A DNA stretch of 64,000 nt from assembly GCA_963665845.2 (NCBI GenBank), contig OY762492.1:2720001-2784000 (forward strand), written 5' to 3'. The position numbers and the translations under genes are program-made. Of the stretch, positions 58,050 to 64,000 are shown in pieces (the stretch's first letter is position 1; each line of letters starts with the position of its first letter). The stretch is from Candidatus Poribacteria bacterium. Its GTDB lineage: Bacteria > Poribacteria > WGA-4E > GCA-2687025. The notes beneath the pieces were generated by a model. The model did no database searches, was not told the origin of the DNA, and saw nothing but the letters and a program-made list of their open reading frames with translations.

Positions 58050-59471
58050 CTAAAACAGACCCTGCTGCATCCGCTTGCCCGTATAGGGGTTCGTCATGGG
58101 CGGGAGGGGGCAGGGGCGGTTGTTGAAATAGTCGTCCATCGACCAGAGAAGCAGCCGCTGATACGATTGACCGCGGACGACGATCGTACCCTGCTCCACA
58201 GCGCGCGACTTGGCGTCCGGCGACGCGACAGGATCCAATGTGATGAAACGTCCAATTGCCGCCTCATCGCTGTTGATGACGCCGATAAAGTCGCGCAGCG
58301 CGCCGGCGGTGAACTTTCCGCCCTTCACCTGCGCCAGCGCGAGACGCGAGTCCCAGTCGTCCGGCTCGTCATACAGCATGCCGCGACCGTCCACGCCGCC
58401 GTCCGCCACCTGCTTCGTGTTCGGCGCGAAGCCTGGGAGGCGCGTCACCGCCCATGACTCAAACTCAAACGGCTTCTCGCGCGCCAACTTGCGCGCCGAC
58501 TCCAGATCAGCGGGAATCCCCTTGACAGGAATCGACTCGTCCTGCAGCCGCTGCCGGACGAGATCGATGGCGAAGGAGCTGATGTCGACGCCAGCCCAGC
58601 GGCGGTTGAGACGGCGCGCCGCTTCCACCGCTGTGCCGCAGCCGCAAAACGGGTCCAGGACAATGCCGCCTTCGTTGGACGACGCCTCAATAATGCGGTT
58701 TAACAGCGCCAGCGGTTTCTGCGTCGGGTAGCCTAAACGCTCTTTGGACGCCGGCTGAAGACACGGCAGGCTCCAAACAGCGTCTATCTTTTTGTCAGTG
58801 GAGATTCTATACATCAGGTTGCCGTCGGCATCCCGTTTATTTTTCAATACCCCGTCCACATTGACCCGTTGAAGTTGCTTTACCGGCTTATCGCGCAATT
58901 CGCGCAGGGGCTGAAACGAATAATCGGCGCCCTTGGAATAGAACAGAATCTGATCGTAATTTCTGCCAAATATCCGTTTGCCCGCTGAATATTTGTTGTA
59001 GTAGTGCCAGACGATCTCGTTTCTGAAATTCTCCTTGCCGAAAATGGCGTCCATAAAGATTTTAAGATAGTGGCTGGCGGTCGGGTCGCAATGGAGGTAG
59101 ATGGAGCCTGTCGATTTCAGGATACGGCGCATTTCCTCTAGACGCTCCGCCATGTAGGTCAGGTACGCCAGCATTCCGCAGCGGCCGAGTATGCGGCGCA
59201 ACCCGAGAATCGCGTCATGCGCGAGGCGTCCGGGCGCGTTTTCAAACTCCGCATACCGCTTCGCTGCGGCGGCGTCCCAGCTCCATGTGTCGTTGAAGGC
59301 GCGGTATTGCGCTTTTCCGTCGCCTTTATCGCTGAAGAGGACGTTGTAATTCGCGTTGGAATTGAACGGCGGGTCGAGATAAATCAGGTTGACGCAGTCC
59401 GATTCCCACTCGCGCATCCAGTCTAGGCAGTCGCCGTAGTAGAGGGTGTCGGGGTTGAACTCTTGCGCCAT
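58050..59471 (-). CDS. N6-A/N4-C DNA methyltransferase fused to Mrr-like endonuclease domain
   Basis: YLDPPFNS, YPTQKP, LDPFCGCGT (beta-class order); C-terminal FE.W...DGGVDG...AQVK. Confidence 0.88.
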   Translation of the reverse strand: MAQEFNPDTLYYGDCLDWMREWESDCVNLIYLDPPFNSNANYNVLFSDKGDGKAQYRAFNDTWSWDAAAAKRYAEFENAPGRLAHDAILGLRRILGRCGMLAYLTYMAERLEEMRRILKSTGSIYLHCDPTASHYLKIFMDAIFGKENFRNEIVWHYYNKYSAGKRIFGRNYDQILFYSKGADYSFQPLRELRDKPVKQLQRVNVDGVLKNKRDADGNLMYRISTDKKIDAVWSLPCLQPASKERLGYPTQKPLALLNRIIEASSNEGGIVLDPFCGCGTAVEAARRLNRRWAGVDISSFAIDLVRQRLQDESIPVKGIPADLESARKLAREKPFEFESWAVTRLPGFAPNTKQVADGGVDGRGMLYDEPDDWDSRLALAQVKGGKFTAGALRDFIGVINSDEAAIGRFITLDPVASPDAKSRAVEQGTIVVRGQSYQRLLLWSMDDYFNNRPCPLPPMTNPYTGKRMQQGLF

Positions 59472-59579
59472 GGTCCGCCTTTCGCGCGATTCCTGTTTGC
59501 CGTTTTGAGCAGTATGGCAAAGGCGGGCTGTTTGCGCAACTGCTTGCCTTCCGGACGCCGGACGGACGCTTCGGGGTTT

Positions 59580-60887
59580 CTAAGATTCCCCTCTGCTAGC
59601 CCGCTCAAGTTCTTCCGCTTTTTCGCGGTCTTGTCTGGCTTTTTCATGCTCGCCTATTCTGCCGTAAGCTAAGCTGCGATTTTTATAGGCGTCAGTATAG
59701 TTTGGGAAGATTTCTATGGCTTTGCTCAAGTTCACTATCGCCGCATCAAAGATGTTCAGGGCGATAAAAACGCGGCCACGGTAGTAATAGGCTAGTGCGT
59801 TAACGGGTTGGAGCTCTATCGATTTTGTCAAATCCTCCAATGATTTGCTATATTCTTCTTTATTAAAGTGGGCGATTCCGCGATTGGTGTAAGTATTGGC
59901 ATTATTCGGATCAATTCCGATCGCTATATTTAGGTCAATGATTGCCTTGTCATATTCCTTTTGATTGGTGTAGGCAAGACCGCGATTGGTGTAAGTATTG
60001 GCATTATTCGGATCGATTTCGATCGATATGTTTAGATCAATGATTGCCTTATCATATTCACCTTTATAGTTGTAAGCGAGACCGCGATTGTTATAGGCTG
60101 CGGCGTCGCGCGGACTTAGTTTAATCGCACCATTATAGTATTCAATCGCCCCATCATAATTTCCTCGAGCGTAGCAAGCAAAACCTCTATAGAACTTTGT
60201 ATAGTAGTCTCCATGATGATCTTGATAGTAAATAAAGCCATGAAGATCATTATACATTGTTTCTTTAGTGATCCCATGATATTTTTCCAAGTATGTCAGT
60301 ATCGGCACTTTAAGGACAGCTGGGATAGTGACAATATCCTCAACCTTTGGCTCAATATAGCCTTTAGGCGGTCTCACGAATACGCTTTTCTGCGCAATGA
60401 CGCGACGCTGTGGATTCTGAGGGGTTGCGATCATGTTGATTATCGCGTCCCTTTTCTGCAGGATAATTCGACCTTCTTCGCTATAATCTCGATCGCATGC
60501 GAAGAAAAGCGCACTGCGGTAATCGGTCGTGAAGTCGATCAGATTCGTCTTGCCGCCGTAATGTTGGATCTGCGTCAGAATTTCAAAATCGTCCGGGTTT
60601 TCCATACCGTACATGCCAAATCTTCGTTGCGGACGCCCTATATGCCTTTTGGCTCCATCTAACATCTCTTTTTGGACTTGTTCTATATCAAAACCAGGGC
60701 CCTCCTCCTCCCTAAATTCGTAGTCGCGCCAAAGCCTCGACGAAACCTCTGTACGGTACTTACCTTTATGGTCTTTATATCTGGATTTCGTTTCGCCGCG
60801 GAAGATGTAGCCGCCGCCCGACGACCTGATCTCAATATCGGCGATGATGTCCTCAATGGTTTTCGGTTCAGTTTTCTGATCGCTCAT
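59580..60887 (-). CDS. FRG-domain protein with C-terminal TPR repeats
   Basis: YIFRGE, QHYGGKTNLIDFT, ALFFAC, RVIAQKSVF; several TPRs; AT-rich; TTGACA-N17-TACATT promoter at 60930-60958. Confidence 0.9.
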   Translation of the reverse strand: MSDQKTEPKTIEDIIADIEIRSSGGGYIFRGETKSRYKDHKGKYRTEVSSRLWRDYEFREEEGPGFDIEQVQKEMLDGAKRHIGRPQRRFGMYGMENPDDFEILTQIQHYGGKTNLIDFTTDYRSALFFACDRDYSEEGRIILQKRDAIINMIATPQNPQRRVIAQKSVFVRPPKGYIEPKVEDIVTIPAVLKVPILTYLEKYHGITKETMYNDLHGFIYYQDHHGDYYTKFYRGFACYARGNYDGAIEYYNGAIKLSPRDAAAYNNRGLAYNYKGEYDKAIIDLNISIEIDPNNANTYTNRGLAYTNQKEYDKAIIDLNIAIGIDPNNANTYTNRGIAHFNKEEYSKSLEDLTKSIELQPVNALAYYYRGRVFIALNIFDAAIVNLSKAIEIFPNYTDAYKNRSLAYGRIGEHEKARQDREKAEELERASRGES

Positions 60888-60969
60888 GTTCGTTCGCTCC
60901 CTGTTGGTTGAGTTTCTGCCACGCTGAATAATGTACCGCGTCCGTCGGCGAATGTCAACCTTAAATATG

Positions 60970-61212
60970 CGAACGCGGACGGTTTCTGCGGCGCCTCTGG
61001 ATTCCCGCTTACGCGGGAATGACGGCGAGAGGATGCGGACGGGATAGCCGAACGCGGACGGTTTCTGCGGCGCCTCTGGATTCCCGCTTACGCGGGAATG
61101 ACAAGGAAGGGGCGGGAATGACGACGAGGGGGCGCGGGAATGCATGCCCTCGCGGGCATGTCCTCGCGGAAGCGGGGAAGCGGGGGACGGCGGGAAGGGC
61201 GGGGCGGGAATG
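60970..61212. repeat. Mosaic repeat block with about 53-bp direct duplication
   Basis: GAACGCGGACGGTTTCTGCGGCGCCTCTGGATTCCCGCTTACGCGGGAATGAC at about 60971 and 61050. Confidence 0.85.
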
Positions 61213-61280
61213 GCGATTTTGCGCGCGGCATGCAAATCTCAACCGAAACGGGTATCATGGGGCGTCTATGGAGGAGCGGA

Positions 61281-63512
61281 ATGAAAGCGAATATCGAACT
61301 CAACGGCGGCAACCTTGCGCTGCAAATCGACCCGCAGGGCAGAATCACGCAGTTGACCTATCGACCGACGAACGAAAGTCTCTTGGCGGGGGAGGCGCCG
61401 ATGCTGCAAATCGGCGTCGGCGGCGAATTTCATGCGCCTGTCAGCGCCGAAGCGGCCGAGGACGGAACCGTCCATTTCGACTTTGGCGCGACGCTGATTG
61501 CCGTTCAGGCGGACAGCAGCGAGACCCATCTGCGCCTAGAAATGGTCGGTATTCAGGGCGCGACGCCTGAAGCGGCGCAATGGGGTCCCTTCAAAACGAA
61601 CGTCCAAGGCTCCATCGGCGAGACGGTCGGCGCCGCGCGGGGAGAGGCGGTCGCCGTCGGCATACAGGCGCTTTCCATGCAAACCGCCGGCGGACACATC
61701 GGCTGCGGAACTGGACATCATGAACACGCCGCCGCCGAAACGGAACAGGGCGCCGACCTGCAGGCGTATGCGCGCGAAGCGGACGGCGGGCTGATTGGTT
61801 CCAAGATCGCGCTGTTCGCATGCCCGCGCGGCGCGGCGCTGGAAACGATCGGACAGATTGAGCTGGCGGAGGGGCTGCCGCACCCCGTTTTAGACGGTGA
61901 ATGGACGAAAACGGCGCAGCATGCGCGCGAAGCGTACATGATCGCCGGTTTTAGCGAAGTGAATCTGGATGAGCTGATCGAATACGCGCAGAGGGCGGGG
62001 CTGCGGTATCTTTACCATGGGCATCCGTTTGCGACTTGGGGCAGGTTTCAGCTCGGCGCCGGCTCCTTTCCTGACGGCGACGAGAGCCTTATCCGCTGCA
62101 GCCGGCGCGCCGCCGAGAAAGGCTTTCGGCTGGGGCTTCACACGCTGACGAACTTTATCACGACGAACGATCCGTATGTGTCGCCGACGCCCGATCCGCG
62201 CTTGAGAAACCCTGAAGGCGCGCGTCTCGCGGCGGACATCGGCGCGGAGGCGGCGGAGATTCCGGTTGACGACGCGGAGCCGTTTAAAGAAAAAGGCGCT
62301 CTCTCCGCCGTTCTAATCGGCGAAGAGATTGTTCAGTATCAGGAAATCGACGAAAGCGGCGCGCCAAAACTGGTCGGATGTCAACGCGGGGCGTTCAACA
62401 CGCAGGCGGCGGCGCATGCGTCAGGCGGGCGGGTCGGCAAGCTGATTGACCATCCCTACCGCGTCTTCTTTCCCGACCTTGAGATGCAGGATGAGATGAT
62501 CGACCGCCTCGTGGAAATCTACAACAAGGCGGATATTCGGCAGATCTCTTTTGACGGCTTGGAAGGATGCGAGCGGACTGGGCATGGCGCCTACGCGCAT
62601 CATCGGTTCGTTCAGCGGTTTTATGACGGCTGCGAGGGCGAGATCGTGAACGACGCGAGCCGCCTGCTCCATTACAACTGGCATATCCACACGCGCATGA
62701 ACTGGGGCGAGCCGTGGGGCGCCGCCATGCGCGACGGGATGCCTGAATACCGTTTTAAAAATCAAGCGTATTTTGAGCGCAACCTGTTTCCGCCGATGCT
62801 GGGATGGTTTCAGTTGCGTCTGGCGGGCGGAAATGTGCCTGCCACCTCCCGCTCCGATATGGAGTGGGTGTTGGCGAAGGCGGCTGGCTACAACGCCGGC
62901 TTTTCCATTGCAACGGGGCTGGACGCGCTGCGCGGCAACGGACAGACCGACGCCATACTGGAAGCGGTCCAGCAGTGGGAGGCGGCGCGCCATCAACATG
63001 CGTTCACCGACGAGCAGCGCGAACGGCTGCGCGATCCGAGCGTCGAGTTTCAGCTGCGCGCCGAGGAGGGCGGATGGCTCCTGCGCCCCGTCATGATCAC
63101 GCCTGCGCATACATTTGAAAAGGAGGAGCGGCAGCCGGGCGAGCCTGACCATGCAGAATGGAATGTCGAGAACCCGTATGAAGCGCAGCCCGTTCAGGCG
63201 ATGTTTCGCGCGGCGGCAGGCTCCGTCCAAAACATACGGCTGGAGATCGGTTTTCAGTCGATACAGATTCCATGCGCGCTGGAAACGGGGCAGTATCTGA
63301 TCATAGACGAAGCGGACGGCGCGCGCCTCGCCGACGCGAACTGGAACGACCTGGGAACCGCCCCGTTGAACGGCTCCTTGCCGGCGCTTGCTTCTGGGAA
63401 CAATGCGGTCCGCCTCGCCTTTGAGGGCGCCGTCTCTTCCGCGGTGGAGGCGGTCTTTACGGCGGTCGGCGCGCCCGAATCGATTCCTCAACAAGAAAAG
63501 GACCTGCGATGA
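61281..63512 (+). CDS. Hypothetical protein, possible TIM-barrel glycoside hydrolase
   Basis: RBS GGAGG; LGLHTL, ISFDGLEG, NWGEPW; beta-rich flanking domains. Confidence 0.55.
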   Translation: MKANIELNGGNLALQIDPQGRITQLTYRPTNESLLAGEAPMLQIGVGGEFHAPVSAEAAEDGTVHFDFGATLIAVQADSSETHLRLEMVGIQGATPEAAQWGPFKTNVQGSIGETVGAARGEAVAVGIQALSMQTAGGHIGCGTGHHEHAAAETEQGADLQAYAREADGGLIGSKIALFACPRGAALETIGQIELAEGLPHPVLDGEWTKTAQHAREAYMIAGFSEVNLDELIEYAQRAGLRYLYHGHPFATWGRFQLGAGSFPDGDESLIRCSRRAAEKGFRLGLHTLTNFITTNDPYVSPTPDPRLRNPEGARLAADIGAEAAEIPVDDAEPFKEKGALSAVLIGEEIVQYQEIDESGAPKLVGCQRGAFNTQAAAHASGGRVGKLIDHPYRVFFPDLEMQDEMIDRLVEIYNKADIRQISFDGLEGCERTGHGAYAHHRFVQRFYDGCEGEIVNDASRLLHYNWHIHTRMNWGEPWGAAMRDGMPEYRFKNQAYFERNLFPPMLGWFQLRLAGGNVPATSRSDMEWVLAKAAGYNAGFSIATGLDALRGNGQTDAILEAVQQWEAARHQHAFTDEQRERLRDPSVEFQLRAEEGGWLLRPVMITPAHTFEKEERQPGEPDHAEWNVENPYEAQPVQAMFRAAAGSVQNIRLEIGFQSIQIPCALETGQYLIIDEADGARLADANWNDLGTAPLNGSLPALASGNNAVRLAFEGAVSSAVEAVFTAVGAPESIPQQEKDLR

Positions 63513-64000
63513 TCGTCGAAACGTTGTTGACCGTTATGATGTCGGCGTCGGACGAGATCGAAAACCATACCGCCGAGCTGCTGGAGCGGGTTGAAACGAT
63601 AGAGATACCGTCGGGCGCGCTGCCCGGCCCGTTTGTGTTGACGAGCGAGCGCGCCTTTGCGGTAGCGGCGGCGCAGATCTCCGCGAATCTGTGGGAGCCG
63701 GCAGCGGCGGCCGTCTTGGCGGAAAAGGGCAGAGCCGCCGCCTTCGGACACGGCGCCTATCTGAACCCTGCTGGCGGACAGCTGTTGCTGAACGCTGTCC
63801 GATGGACGTCCAACGGACGCGGGGGGAAGGTCGCCGTCGTTCAACGGGCGCGTCGACAGGGAACGACCCCGCTCGTCCAATACTTAAAAGAGAACGGCGT
63901 TGAAACGGCGCATGCGGCGCGCGTCTCGGCGCTGAATCGCCTCAACAACTATGCGGCGCTGATTGTGGACGCGCATGAGCTGAACGACAGAGAGATCGGC
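63509..64000 (+). CDS. Partial CDS, N-terminus resembling M60-like (TCAF/enhancin-related) metallopeptidases
   Basis: ATGA overlap; open frame MIVETLL...GRAAAFGHGAYL...LLLNAVRW runs off the window. Confidence 0.45.
   Translation, partial: MIVETLLTVMMSASDEIENHTAELLERVETIEIPSGALPGPFVLTSERAFAVAAAQISANLWEPAAAAVLAEKGRAAAFGHGAYLNPAGGQLLLNAVRWTSNGRGGKVAVVQRARRQGTTPLVQYLKENGVETAHAARVSALNRLNNYAALIVDAHELNDREIG

Noticed and set aside
60970-61102. Repeat-spacer-repeat resembling a mini-CRISPR
   Set aside because: The about 53-bp unit is made of the dispersed REP modules; only two copies

Overview
GC-rich bacterial chromosomal window, most likely Candidatus Poribacteria or a relative. This is inferred from two PhyH dioxygenases, ankyrin/TPR proteins, the C-terminal 'V-x-P-x-G...W-G-x-x-K' motif and an FlgD/T9SS-like terminal domain. 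The left 19 kb is one co-oriented block: two DUF4139 genes, two tandem CPBP intramembrane proteases, an atypical type II secretion / type IV filament cluster (gspE-F-G-H-I-J-K, PilM/N-like GspL, GspM/PilO-like, GspC-like, extended secretin) and an ankyrin protein. The rest holds housekeeping genes (groES/groEL, uxaC, pspA, dprA, cinA-like, rph, rdgB, guaA, citrate synthase, trxA), secreted proteins and a small defence-like patch (TPR-antitoxin/RelE-ParE pair, MTase-Mrr fusion, FRG-TPR). Most intergenic gaps contain a mosaic of at least six recurring palindromic repeat modules. No rRNA, tRNA, CRISPR array or transposase was recognised. Best candidate for a new system: a T2SS with a secretin carrying six N domains with aromatic low-complexity loops, HhH-decorated GspK and GspM-like subunits, upstream CPBP proteases and a candidate C-terminal sorting motif on secreted proteins. 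All family calls are from motif recognition by eye; no searches were run.
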